Shown: positions 18,657 to 27,122 of the stretch, piece after piece
Layout of the letters: the number at the start of each line of letters is the position of its first letter
Position numbering within the stretch: the first letter of the stretch is position 1
Assembly (NCBI GenBank): GCA_041674925.1
Contig: JBAYUW010000004.1
Span: 482 to 64,481, forward strand
Length of the DNA stretch: 64,000 nt
Reading direction: 5' to 3'
Source: Minisyncoccota bacterium
GTDB taxonomy: Bacteria > Patescibacteriota > Minisyncoccia > Phycocordibacterales > GWA1-40-21
Notes under the pieces: model-generated
Told to the model about the DNA's origin: nothing
Databases searched by the model: none
Seen by the model: only the letters and a program-made list of their open reading frames with translations
Position numbers and translations under genes: made by a program

Positions 18657-19871
18657 TTAGGGTTTTTCAACTCGATCACGATCTATAAAAAGTCTACCAC
18701 TTTTTCGGTGAAAAGCAATGGCAAAGCGATGAGCTTCACTATTGATAAGCAAAATTTCTTTTTTATATTTATTCACAATCTCTGGTGCGCCGATAATAGC
18801 TTTAGCCTTGTGCCTCTCGTCTTTTGTTACTGCGACCAAATCAATCGTCTTGCCAATCACCTGCCGAGCCGAATTTAATTGTATAAGTCCCCCATCCACC
18901 ACAATCAAATCTGCTTTCGGCCATTCTTGATGTTTCAGTCGCCTAGTCAAGATTTCTCTTAAAGCTCCAGTATCATTGGCCACGCTATCTCTAATTTTAA
19001 ATTTTCTATACTCCTCTTTTCTTAATTCTCCATCAACCATCACCACCATCACACCAACATTCGCTCGTCCTCCAAAATGCGCGACGTCGTAGGCTTCTAT
19101 TTTAAATTTATTATTATTTTTATTCTCCTCATTTATCAAAGCAATATCTTGAATATGTTCCAAAGCGAAAATTGTATCCCTCACCTGTCTCGCTAATTCG
19201 AAAAATTTATCATCCGCATAAACTTTCATTTCTTTCTTCAACTTTCTAATCAATTGCGAATTTTTTGAAGCAAAAAAGAGTTCGATATTTTTTATTGTCT
19301 TCAGATAATCTTTAGGTGAAATTAAATTAAAGCAAGTTCCAGGACAAAGACCAATTTGATAATTAAAGCACGGCTTATCCTGATTAAGTGCACACCTGTC
19401 TCTAAATGGAAAAATCTTTCTGATCAGATTCAGAGCCTGCTTGAGCTGTTTGCCGTTCGGATACGGACCAAATTGCGAACGGATTTTGTATGGCAAACCC
19501 AATTGTATTTCTTTACCGCGAACAATTAAAACCCGTGGATATTCTTCTTTCGTAATAACGACGTAATTGTAACTTTTATCATCTTTCTCTTTGGTATTAT
19601 ATCTTGGCTGATATTTTTTAATTAAATTATTTTCCAAAATTAAAGCCTCCAAAACCGAGTTAGTTTTTATAAAATCAATTTTTGTCGCTTGAAAAATTAG
19701 ATCAACAAGCAATGGCCCACGAGTCGCGATTAAATCATTAGAAAAATAGCTCTTCACTCTATCTCGTAAAGAAGTCGCTTTGCCAATATAAAGTACCGTT
19801 TTCCCTTTTTTGAAAAAATACACCCCGGGTGTATCGGGTAGCTTCACTTTTTTGATGTATTGACTGTTCAT
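18657..19871 (-). CDS. uvrC: excinuclease ABC subunit C, short form without C-terminal HhH domain
   Basis: GIY-YIG PGVYFFKKGKTVLYIGKATSLRDRV, UVR-like ELARQVRDTIFALEHI, endonuclease part IEAYDVAHFGG. Start set at MNSQYIKK (TGtTAGCAT 7 nt upstream); the track start is 19907. Confidence 0.8.
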   Translation of the reverse strand: MNSQYIKKVKLPDTPGVYFFKKGKTVLYIGKATSLRDRVKSYFSNDLIATRGPLLVDLIFQATKIDFIKTNSVLEALILENNLIKKYQPRYNTKEKDDKSYNYVVITKEEYPRVLIVRGKEIQLGLPYKIRSQFGPYPNGKQLKQALNLIRKIFPFRDRCALNQDKPCFNYQIGLCPGTCFNLISPKDYLKTIKNIELFFASKNSQLIRKLKKEMKVYADDKFFELARQVRDTIFALEHIQDIALINEENKNNNKFKIEAYDVAHFGGRANVGVMVVMVDGELRKEEYRKFKIRDSVANDTGALREILTRRLKHQEWPKADLIVVDGGLIQLNSARQVIGKTIDLVAVTKDERHKAKAIIGAPEIVNKYKKEILLINSEAHRFAIAFHRKSGRLFIDRDRVEKP

Positions 19872-19888
19872 TATTCTTATGCTAACAT
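19860..19888 (+). promoter_or_regulatory. promoter TTGACT-N17-TAACAT (cassette E)
   Basis: TTGACTgttcattattcttatgcTAACAT, then SD GGAGAT. Confidence 0.5.
19879..19887 (-). promoter_or_regulatory. extended -10 box TGtTAGCAT, 7 nt before uvrC ATG
   Basis: Minus strand aaaTGtTAGCATaagaataATG. It overlaps the divergent cassette E promoter. Confidence 0.45.
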
Positions 19889-19922
19889 TTTTATTGGACG
19901 TTCGCAAGAAATTGGAGATCAG

Positions 19923-20135
19923 ATGAACAATTATATGAAATGTACGAGATGCGACGATGTGGTTCCGTTTGTGATTATCAAGGTGTCAGTAGACGACGGT
20001 CTACCAATGGAAGCATACAAGTGTTCAAAGTGTAATGTGCTGTATCACACAGACGGAGATCCGCTGATCAACAACAAATGTATGGTGCTCTACTACATCG
20101 ACGATGTCATTGTCGAGAAACATCCTGGTGAATAA
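19923..20135 (+). CDS. small zinc-ribbon protein, 70 aa (cassette E)
   Basis: MNNYMKCTRCDD...YKCSKCNV: two CxxC pairs. Opposite strand to the flanking uvrC and uvrA. Confidence 0.5.
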   Translation: MNNYMKCTRCDDVVPFVIIKVSVDDGLPMEAYKCSKCNVLYHTDGDPLINNKCMVLYYIDDVIVEKHPGE

Positions 20136-20168
20136 ATAACAACAAGAACACTCGACCATGTCGTTTTA

Positions 20169-20198
20169 GCCCCGATGTCAGTCTCGGGGCAATTTTTT
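20169..20198 (+). terminator. rho-independent terminator
   Basis: GCCCCGAtgtcagtCTCGGGGC followed by AATTTTTT. Confidence 0.75.
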
Positions 20199-20207
20199 AC
20201 CACAAGA

Positions 20208-20334
20208 CCAACCTCACCCGGCGTCAGAACGCCACCCTCTCCTCGACTGAGGAGAGGGTTCTTGTTTCTAGAGTAATGTGATAGGAGCAGTTCCCCTCTC
20301 CTTAGCCAAGGAGAGGGGCTAGGGGTGAGGTTGG
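20208..20334. repeat. multi-hairpin palindromic element, copy 1
   Basis: 12-bp outer stem CCAACCTCACCC/GGGTGAGGTTGG encloses hairpins GGCG/CGCC, ACCCTCTCCTC/GAGGAGAGGGT and CCCCTCTCCTT/AAGGAGAGGGG. Confidence 0.6.
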
Positions 20335-20408
20335 CTTAATAAAGATTGACTATTCAGTTATTGTATAATAGTCTAATCTTGGAGTGCTCTCAAGGAAAGG
20401 AATATGAA

Positions 20409-20603
20409 ATGAACAGGATGACTGCGGTAATTCTCGTGTGTGTGGGTACAATATTTATGGGTATAGCTATTGCTATAGCTTCCATACCCACCACAACAAG
20501 TGATGTGGGAAGAAGGAAATTCCGCGTCAAAATTGTAACGATATTGTCTACCATTGGCATCGCCTGCTGGATGTCCATTGTGTTATTTCCACCGGCAGAA
20601 TGA
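20409..20603 (+). CDS. small two-TM membrane protein, 64 aa (cassette F)
   Basis: MNRMTAVILVCVGTIFMGIAIAIASIP.. after AAGGAAAGGA. In frame with track ORF 20346-20603. Confidence 0.45.
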   Translation: MNRMTAVILVCVGTIFMGIAIAIASIPTTTSDVGRRKFRVKIVTILSTIGIACWMSIVLFPPAE

Positions 20604-20621
20604 GCGGTTCAACACTACAAG

Positions 20622-20652
20622 GCCTCGGGATCACAACCGGGGCTATTTTTTT
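20622..20652 (+). terminator. rho-independent terminator
   Basis: GCCTCGGgatcacaaCCGGGGC (one G-U pair) followed by TATTTTTTT. Confidence 0.65.
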
Positions 20653-20657
20653 ACCAA

Positions 20658-23258
20658 TTACTTCTTCAAATGCTTTTTCAAATAATGCCCTGTGTGAGAT
20701 TTGACCGAGTTAGCAATATCTTCTGGCGTACCTTTAGCCACTACCTCACCACCTTTATCACCACCCTCAGGACCGATATCAATCACATAGTCAGAACATT
20801 TAATAATATCCATATTGTGTTCTATGATGATGACAGTATTTCCGTGCTCGACTAATCTTTCTAGAATTTCTATTAATTTTTTAACATCTTCGTAATGCAA
20901 ACCAATGGTTGGCTCGTCTAAGAGATAAACTGTTTTCTGTAAGTGAGGTTTGTAAAGCTCTGAAGCAATTTTCACGCGCTGAGCTTCACCACCAGAAAGT
21001 GTAGTGGCACTTTGACCAAGTTTCAAATAACCCAAGCCCACATCTTGCAAAGTTTTCAGACGATCATAAACAGCTGGTAAATCTTCGAAAAATTTCACGG
21101 CTTCCTCAACGGTCATTTCCAAAACTTCATACACATTTTTCTTTTTATATTTTACTTCTAAAGTCTCTTTCGTAAATCTTTTACCATTACAAACATCGCA
21201 AGGCACATAAACCGTCGGCAAGAAATACATCTCCACCTCGATCACACCGTTTCCTTCACACGCCTCACAGCGCCCGCCTTTCACGTTGAAAGAAAAACGA
21301 TTCGCTTTCCAACCACGCGCTTTGGCTTCGACACTGAGCGCAAACATATCGCGAATATGCGACCAAGCGCCGGTGTAAGTCGCAGGATTTGAACGCGGCG
21401 TCCTACCGATTGGTGACTGATCAATCAAGATCACTCGGCTCACATATTCTGTGCCAGTAAAACTTTTGCAGTTATAAATTTCATTAGTACGATGACGTTT
21501 GGTAAAACGAGCATTTAGATTCTTATCAATAATTTCATAAACAAAAGAACTTTTACCTGAACCAGAAACTCCCGTCACGCAAACCAATTTGCCAAGAGGC
21601 ACATCGACATTTAAATTTTTAATATTAAAGACATTACCACCACGGATTTTCAAAGTTCCTTTATCCGAATCACGGCGTTTTTTCGGCACTGGAATCACTT
21701 TATCACCACGTAAATAATCCAAAGTGACCGACCCTGAATCATTATTCTTATCAGTCAAAAGTTTATCCAAATAACCCGAGACCACAATCTCTCCCCCATG
21801 CACCCCCGCGCCCGGACCAATATCCACGAGATAATCCGAAGAATATATTGTATCTTCATCGTGCTCCACGACGATAATTGTATTGCCCAAGTCGCGTAAA
21901 TCAGTCAGAGTTTTAATCAAGCGATCATTATCACGCGAATGCAGACCAATAGTCGGCTCATCCAAAACGTAAAGCGCACCAACTAGACCCGAACCAAGTT
22001 GCGAAGCTAGACGAATTCTTTGAGCTTCACCACCAGACAAAGTGTGCGCCCGGCGATTGAGAGACAAATATTCAATACCGACATCCTTCATAAATTGCAG
22101 ACGGTCGTTTATTTCTTTGATAACCACAGTAGAAATTTCTTGTTCAACTTCATTTAATTTTAAATTATCAAAGAAGTTTTTTGCGTCAGTAATTGATAAA
22201 GCAGTAAGATCAACAATATTTTTACCGTTCAGTAAAACATGTAGGGCTTCTTCTCGCAATCGCGCGCCATTACAAATATCACAAATTTCTTCACCAAAAA
22301 ATTGTTTGGTACCGAGACCATTACATTGAGGGCAAGCGCCATAAGGCGAGTTAAAAGAAAATAAACGTGGTTCGATTTCGGGATAAGAATAGCCATCATA
22401 AGGGCACATAAATTTCACCGACATCATCTTATCTTCACCGTTTGTCTCAATCTTTAAGAGACCCTTACTTTCATCAATCGCTTTTTCAATCGCCTCGCTC
22501 AAACGCTCGCGGGTCGCCAGTTTCTTATCTTTGTCTTTGAACTCACTAATGTAAAATTCATCAACCAGAACATCAATATCGTGTTTCTTGGTTTTGGAAA
22601 GAATGATCTGCTCGCGGAGTTTTTTCATCACGCCATCAATTTTGACCCATTCATAACCTTTGTTTAATAGATCATAAAGTAATTGATAATATTCTCCCTT
22701 GCGACCAACGACGACGGGAGAAAATATTTTCACTTTCGCATCAGTATAAGGCACACCCAAGACTACTTTCTGATTTTTTTCCAGATTAGTGTTGGTAACG
22801 GTCTTAATAATAGTTTCTAAAATTTCTTCATTGGAGAGTTTTTTAATTTCGCGATTACAAGTCAGACAGTGCGGTCGGCCGATGCGGGCATATAAAATTC
22901 TTAAGTAGTCATAAATTTCAGTGATCGTAGCCACGGTTGAACGAGGATTATTGGAGCGTGATTTTTGATCAATGGAAATGGCTGGTGATAAGCCGAGAAT
23001 TTCATCCACATCTGGTTTTTGCATTTGGCGTAAAAATTGGCGAGCATAAGAAGACAGCGATTCGATATAGCGTCGTTGGCCTTCGGCAAAAATTGTATCA
23101 AAGGCTAAAGACGATTTGCCGGAGCCAGATAGACCGGTAAAAGCAATCATTTTATTGCGCGGTAATTCCACACTCACGTTTTTCAAATTGTGAGTTCTAG
23201 CGCCACGGATGATGATTTTCTCGTCACCATTATCGAATTTTATTTTAGTTTTTTTCAT
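20658..23258 (-). CDS. uvrA: excinuclease ABC subunit A
   Basis: 866 aa. Two ABC modules (GLSGSGKSSLAF, GVSGSGKSSF, two LSGGEAQR signatures) and zinc-finger Cys clusters. Confidence 0.9.
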   Translation of the reverse strand: MKKTKIKFDNGDEKIIIRGARTHNLKNVSVELPRNKMIAFTGLSGSGKSSLAFDTIFAEGQRRYIESLSSYARQFLRQMQKPDVDEILGLSPAISIDQKSRSNNPRSTVATITEIYDYLRILYARIGRPHCLTCNREIKKLSNEEILETIIKTVTNTNLEKNQKVVLGVPYTDAKVKIFSPVVVGRKGEYYQLLYDLLNKGYEWVKIDGVMKKLREQIILSKTKKHDIDVLVDEFYISEFKDKDKKLATRERLSEAIEKAIDESKGLLKIETNGEDKMMSVKFMCPYDGYSYPEIEPRLFSFNSPYGACPQCNGLGTKQFFGEEICDICNGARLREEALHVLLNGKNIVDLTALSITDAKNFFDNLKLNEVEQEISTVVIKEINDRLQFMKDVGIEYLSLNRRAHTLSGGEAQRIRLASQLGSGLVGALYVLDEPTIGLHSRDNDRLIKTLTDLRDLGNTIIVVEHDEDTIYSSDYLVDIGPGAGVHGGEIVVSGYLDKLLTDKNNDSGSVTLDYLRGDKVIPVPKKRRDSDKGTLKIRGGNVFNIKNLNVDVPLGKLVCVTGVSGSGKSSFVYEIIDKNLNARFTKRHRTNEIYNCKSFTGTEYVSRVILIDQSPIGRTPRSNPATYTGAWSHIRDMFALSVEAKARGWKANRFSFNVKGGRCEACEGNGVIEVEMYFLPTVYVPCDVCNGKRFTKETLEVKYKKKNVYEVLEMTVEEAVKFFEDLPAVYDRLKTLQDVGLGYLKLGQSATTLSGGEAQRVKIASELYKPHLQKTVYLLDEPTIGLHYEDVKKLIEILERLVEHGNTVIIIEHNMDIIKCSDYVIDIGPEGGDKGGEVVAKGTPEDIANSVKSHTGHYLKKHLKK

Positions 23259-23344
23259 AACTATAAATGTCCCCGGGCTTTACGCCTAGGGCTTACTATC
23301 GATTTATCTTACACCCTTTCAAGCTTTTAGCAAATATTAAATAA

Positions 23345-23421
23345 GTAAAACCGCCCACCTTCTGAGGGGTGGGCGGGGTGGGACCTACGTCGAAACTCGT
23401 GGAGTCGACATCCCCTATCCA
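23345..23421 (-). ncRNA. candidate ~75-nt small RNA or terminator-containing leader upstream of uvrA
   Basis: Bounded by a consensus promoter (23428-23455) and the terminator CCGCCCACCcctcagaaGGTGGGCGG+TTTTAC. Internal GUCGA/UCGAC hairpin. Confidence 0.3.
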
Positions 23422-23427
23422 TATACA

Positions 23428-23455
23428 AGTATAGCACAACCATATTAAAAGTCAA
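23428..23455 (-). promoter_or_regulatory. promoter TTGACT-N16-TATACT
   Basis: Minus strand TTGACTtttaatatggttgtgcTATACT. Confidence 0.55.
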
Positions 23456-23514
23456 GCAAAATATCATTTTCTTTTTTAAGTAGGGAAAATATGGCTAAAA
23501 ATAAGGAAAAATTA

Positions 23515-23757
23515 CTATCGGGCGTAAAACTTTAATCTTTTTTTGATGAAGAAAGAAGATAAAAGCAAGATTAGGGCAATGAGGGTGAAATAGTATGTAC
23601 TTTGAGCATAATAGATGTCCATTATCAGGCCGAAAATGATAATTTCATTAAAATGTTTTAAATAGTATAAAAGGAAGATGGCAAAAAGAGCACTCACCCA
23701 CCACGGGAGAATGATGATACTTAATAATAAAATTATACCGAAAATTAAATTCTTCAT
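23515..23757 (-). CDS. small three-TM membrane protein (positionally MreD-like)
   Basis: 80 aa, directly downstream of mreC. Too short and divergent for a confident MreD call. Confidence 0.35.
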   Translation of the reverse strand: MKNLIFGIILLLSIIILPWWVSALFAIFLLYYLKHFNEIIIFGLIMDIYYAQSTYYFTLIALILLLSSFFIKKRLKFYAR

Positions 23758-23760
23758 CGA

Positions 23761-24564
23761 TTATAAAATCACTTCTACCCAAGTCAGTTCAGAAATATTG
23801 ACTGGGCTTTTAAATAAGACGGTTTGGAAAGAATCTTTATCTTTAAAATTTACTTTTTCCACGATACCAAAAATGTTTGGGGTGATGGATGGAATAATGA
23901 TCACATCCCCTTCTTTTACTTCGATCTCTCGAGGTAAGAAAATATTAAAATTACCGCCACCAATACCAACCGCTTCAACACTAACGGAACTTGAGCCTAA
24001 AACCACTGGTAATTTATAACCTGGACTGGAATACAAAGTCACCTTGGCGGTTGTCGGATAAATTTCACTGACTTCACCAAGATAAATATTGGCATCGGCA
24101 ATCACCTTTGCGCCGACTTTCAGTGCTTGATTTTCACCAATATCAATAATAAGTGAGTCGTAGGGCGTCCGTGGCGGTTTCGCGAGCACGGTGGCCAAAA
24201 CCGTTTTAGCTTTTATTTCTTTTCGACCTAATAAATCTTTAAGGGTTTCGTTTTCAGTTCGTAAAATTTCGTTCTCTGCTAAAAGATGTCCAGCCAGGAA
24301 AAGTTTTTCTTCAACTTTTCTTTGATTATTTATTAAGACTTGTTTAGATTTAAAATATTCTCCCAGATTAGAATTGGCAATTGAGCTTTCTATTTGCCAA
24401 ATTGGCTTGGCAATATAGAAGAGCGTATTTCGTAAAGGAGTGGTGAGTAAAAGTAAAATTACTAATACTAAAATAACAACGATAATCAAGGCTCGTCGTT
24501 TGACATTCTTTTGTCGCTCGCGAGAATTACTGCTTTTTAGGGGGTAATTCATCTTCGTTTTCAA
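23761..24564 (-). CDS. mreC: rod shape-determining protein MreC
   Basis: 267 aa with N-terminal TM, coiled coil ENEILRTENETLKDLL, then beta-barrel repeats. Follows mreB. Confidence 0.8.
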   Translation of the reverse strand: MKTKMNYPLKSSNSRERQKNVKRRALIIVVILVLVILLLLTTPLRNTLFYIAKPIWQIESSIANSNLGEYFKSKQVLINNQRKVEEKLFLAGHLLAENEILRTENETLKDLLGRKEIKAKTVLATVLAKPPRTPYDSLIIDIGENQALKVGAKVIADANIYLGEVSEIYPTTAKVTLYSSPGYKLPVVLGSSSVSVEAVGIGGGNFNIFLPREIEVKEGDVIIIPSITPNIFGIVEKVNFKDKDSFQTVLFKSPVNISELTWVEVIL

Positions 24565-25597
24565 TTAAGACCTCGCGGAAATCTTCGAGATTCTCTAGAA
24601 TGATTCCCGTTCCCCGAGCAATCGCCGTCAAAGGATCGCTGGCAATATAGATTGGGATTTTTAGTTCTTCATGGAGTAAGACATCCAGACCACGAATCAA
24701 AGCTCCCCCACCCACCAAATAAATACCGCGTTGCATAATATCTGAGACAATTTCGGGCGGTGTCGTTTCCAAAACTTCCTTAACTGTTTCAACTAAGGTG
24801 GCAATTGATTGAGCCATGGCTTCGCGAATATCACCGTCAGTAATAATCACTTCGCGTGGCAAACCAGTGACCAAATCTCGGCCTTTGACTGGCAATTCCA
24901 TACTTTGCTCGGGTGTAACCGAACCAATATTGACTTTAATTTCTTCAGCGGTTTTTTCACCAATGAGAATTTTAAACTCACCGCGAATATAAGAAATAAT
25001 ATCATTGTTCAAACGATCACCAGCAATTTTTAAATTTTTAGATTTCACAATACCACCCAGCGAAATGACGGCGATATCCGATGTTCCGCCACCAATATCA
25101 ATCACCATGTTTCCAATCGGGCTTTTGATGGGAAGACGAATACCAATCGCTCCAGCCATCGGTTCTTCGACAATATAAACTTCGCGCGCACCAGCGTTTC
25201 TAGTCGCATCACGGACAGCGCGAATTTCCACATTTGTCACGCCAGACGGTACACCAACGACGACTCGTGGACCTAAAGGTTTTGGGGAGAGTTCTTCGGC
25301 TTTTTTCACGAGATAAGCAATCATTTCTTCGGTCACTTCGAAATCGGAAATCACACCATCAACCAAAGGTCTCACAGCAACAATGTGCGGTGGTGTTCGT
25401 CCGAGCATAGCTTTGGCTTGCGCACCAACAGCAACCACTTGTCCGGTCTTTTGATTCAAAGCCACAACCGATGGTTCGTTCATCACAATTCCTTTGCCGG
25501 CTAAATAGACCAAGGTATTAGCGGTACCCAAATCAATTCCAATGTCATTGGAAAATTTTCGATCAATTTTTTCTTTTATTTCGCCAAAAAATCCCAT
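24527..25597 (-). CDS. mreB: rod shape-determining protein MreB (copy 1)
   Basis: DIGIDLGTANTLVY, DIGGGTSDIAV, GIYLVGGGALIRGLD: actin-fold phosphate and adenosine motifs. Confidence 0.9.
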   Translation of the reverse strand: MGFFGEIKEKIDRKFSNDIGIDLGTANTLVYLAGKGIVMNEPSVVALNQKTGQVVAVGAQAKAMLGRTPPHIVAVRPLVDGVISDFEVTEEMIAYLVKKAEELSPKPLGPRVVVGVPSGVTNVEIRAVRDATRNAGAREVYIVEEPMAGAIGIRLPIKSPIGNMVIDIGGGTSDIAVISLGGIVKSKNLKIAGDRLNNDIISYIRGEFKILIGEKTAEEIKVNIGSVTPEQSMELPVKGRDLVTGLPREVIITDGDIREAMAQSIATLVETVKEVLETTPPEIVSDIMQRGIYLVGGGALIRGLDVLLHEELKIPIYIASDPLTAIARGTGIILENLEDFREVLIENEDELPPKKQ

Positions 25598-26826
25598 AAA
25601 TCTTTTTCTTTAATTAAACTGACGGTGCCACTGGCTCGATCTTTCACCTCAATTTCACCTTTGTCTAAATTTTTATCGCTGATAATCAAACGAGTTGGAA
25701 TACCTAATAAATCCGAGTCGGCAAATTTTTCCCCCGCTCTTGCTTCTCGATCATCAAACAATACTTCGATTCCTCTTTTTTGCAACTCTTGATAGATTTC
25801 CTTCGCTTTTTTCTTGGTTTTATCTTCATTGCTAATATTCAAGAGATGCACCGTAAACGGCGCCACTGACTTGGGCCACACAATACCTTTTTCATCAGAA
25901 AACTTTTCGACTATCACCCCCATTAGTCTAGTGATACCAATCCCATATGAGCCAAGAATAACCGGAACGACTTCACCTTTTTCATTTTTAAAATTTAAAC
26001 CAAGTTGTTCGCTTTTCATTCCACCGAAACTGAAGATATTACCAACCTCAGCGGTTTTGACTTCCTCCAAATCTGCCTGAGTGACACCGAGTTGTCTCAT
26101 TACTTGGTCATTGAATACTTCTTTATTAATAGCGACATTCTTTTTTCGATTGATATAAATAAGGTCTTCGCCGGCATCGGTGATGGTTTGAAATTCATGA
26201 CTGAACTGAGTAAAGGCGCCACCTGAGGCAAAAGTGACAAAAGTATCATTACCCAAGCCAACACGTTCAAAAATTTTTAAATAAGACTTTGTCACTCGAT
26301 CATAAAATTCTTGATGGGTTTTTTCATCAAGACAATATGAATACATATCTTTCATCAAAAATTCGCGACCCCGCATAATACCACTTTTTGCTCGAAGTTC
26401 ATTTCGAAGTTTAGTTTGAAATTGATAGACGTAAATTGGTAGATCACGATAGCTGGTAATAAAATTTCGCATCATGTCGGTAATCGGCTCTTCATGTGAC
26501 CAGCCTAAACCGATTTGTGCTCCGCTTTTTAATTCCGATTTAAACCAGATATCAACTTTTTTATCATCCCATCGATCAGTTTTTTCCCAAAGTTCTTTAC
26601 GTTGAAGTGCGGTCATACTCATTTCTTGGCCGCCAATTTCATTCATTTCTTCACGGACGATCTGTTTAATTTTTTCTACCACTTTTAAACCTAGAGGTAA
26701 GAAATCATACACCCCCGCCATTTCTTTATTGATAAAACCACCCTTAATTAGCAGTTGAGCGTTCTTGGCCACCTCGTCCTTTGGGGCCTCTTTTCGAGTC
26801 TTCGTAAAAAGCTGTGATTGCAACAT
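25576..26826 (-). CDS. proS: prolyl-tRNA synthetase, bacterial type without the INS editing domain
   Basis: 416 aa with class II motifs (FRNELRAKSGIMRGREFLMKD; GSYGIGITRL) and an anticodon-binding C-terminus. About 35 aa stand where E. coli has the ~180-aa INS. Confidence 0.85.
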   Translation of the reverse strand: MLQSQLFTKTRKEAPKDEVAKNAQLLIKGGFINKEMAGVYDFLPLGLKVVEKIKQIVREEMNEIGGQEMSMTALQRKELWEKTDRWDDKKVDIWFKSELKSGAQIGLGWSHEEPITDMMRNFITSYRDLPIYVYQFQTKLRNELRAKSGIMRGREFLMKDMYSYCLDEKTHQEFYDRVTKSYLKIFERVGLGNDTFVTFASGGAFTQFSHEFQTITDAGEDLIYINRKKNVAINKEVFNDQVMRQLGVTQADLEEVKTAEVGNIFSFGGMKSEQLGLNFKNEKGEVVPVILGSYGIGITRLMGVIVEKFSDEKGIVWPKSVAPFTVHLLNISNEDKTKKKAKEIYQELQKRGIEVLFDDREARAGEKFADSDLLGIPTRLIISDKNLDKGEIEVKDRASGTVSLIKEKDLWDFLAK

Positions 26827-26832
26827 CTAGCA

Positions 26833-26838
26833 ATCATA
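26833..26838 (-). promoter_or_regulatory. -10 box TATGAT, 6 nt before proS ATG (leaderless-type)
   Basis: Minus strand acgcTATGATtgctagATG. Confidence 0.4.
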
Positions 26839-26875
26839 GCGTATTTTGGGGGAAAATGAAAGAGTCACCTATACA

Positions 26876-26920
26876 ACAAAACCCGACCTCCAAGAACGGA
26901 TCTTGTTGGAACGGGTTTTT
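26876..26920 (-). terminator. terminator of cassette G
   Basis: Minus strand ACCCG-UUCCAA...UUGGA-GGU-CGGGU followed by UUUGUUG. Confidence 0.55.
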
Positions 26921-26924
26921 CATT

Positions 26925-27095
26925 TCACGGAAGAATTCCGGGTCGCTTGCCACGAAGCGCTTGTATGACAACCTTCACCGAGCGACACAGCTCCGGATCA
27001 TGACCATAGGCCGACTTGTAGTCAATGATCTTAAGCCACCTCAGGATTACCGCCTCCTCCCTTTGTGAGGGAAACTGAATCTTGTTTTCTGCCAT
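26925..27095 (-). CDS. small protein, 56 aa (GC-rich cassette G; below the ORF-track cutoff)
   Basis: Own translation: MAENKIQFPSQREEAVILRWLKIIDYKSAYGHDPELCRSVKVVIQALRGKRPGILP. SD AAGGAGGTGA 5 nt upstream. Hand count 88/171 G+C. Confidence 0.45.
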   Translation of the reverse strand: MAENKIQFPSQREEAVILRWLKIIDYKSAYGHDPELCRSVKVVIQALRGKRPGILP

Positions 27096-27122
27096 GACTT
27101 ATCACCTCCTTTTCTAAAAAAA

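Noticed and set aside
20208-20334. Multi-hairpin elements as integron attC sites or simple bidirectional terminators
   Set aside because: No GTTRRRY/RYYYAAC core sites are present and no integrase is nearby. The cassettes are dispersed rather than arrayed. There are no U-tracts after the internal hairpins, and separate terminators already precede both elements.
26814-27068. 84-aa plus-strand track ORF across the proS start and cassette G
   Set aside because: It runs antisense to a better-supported 56-aa ORF that has a consensus SD, promoter and terminator. It starts inside proS.
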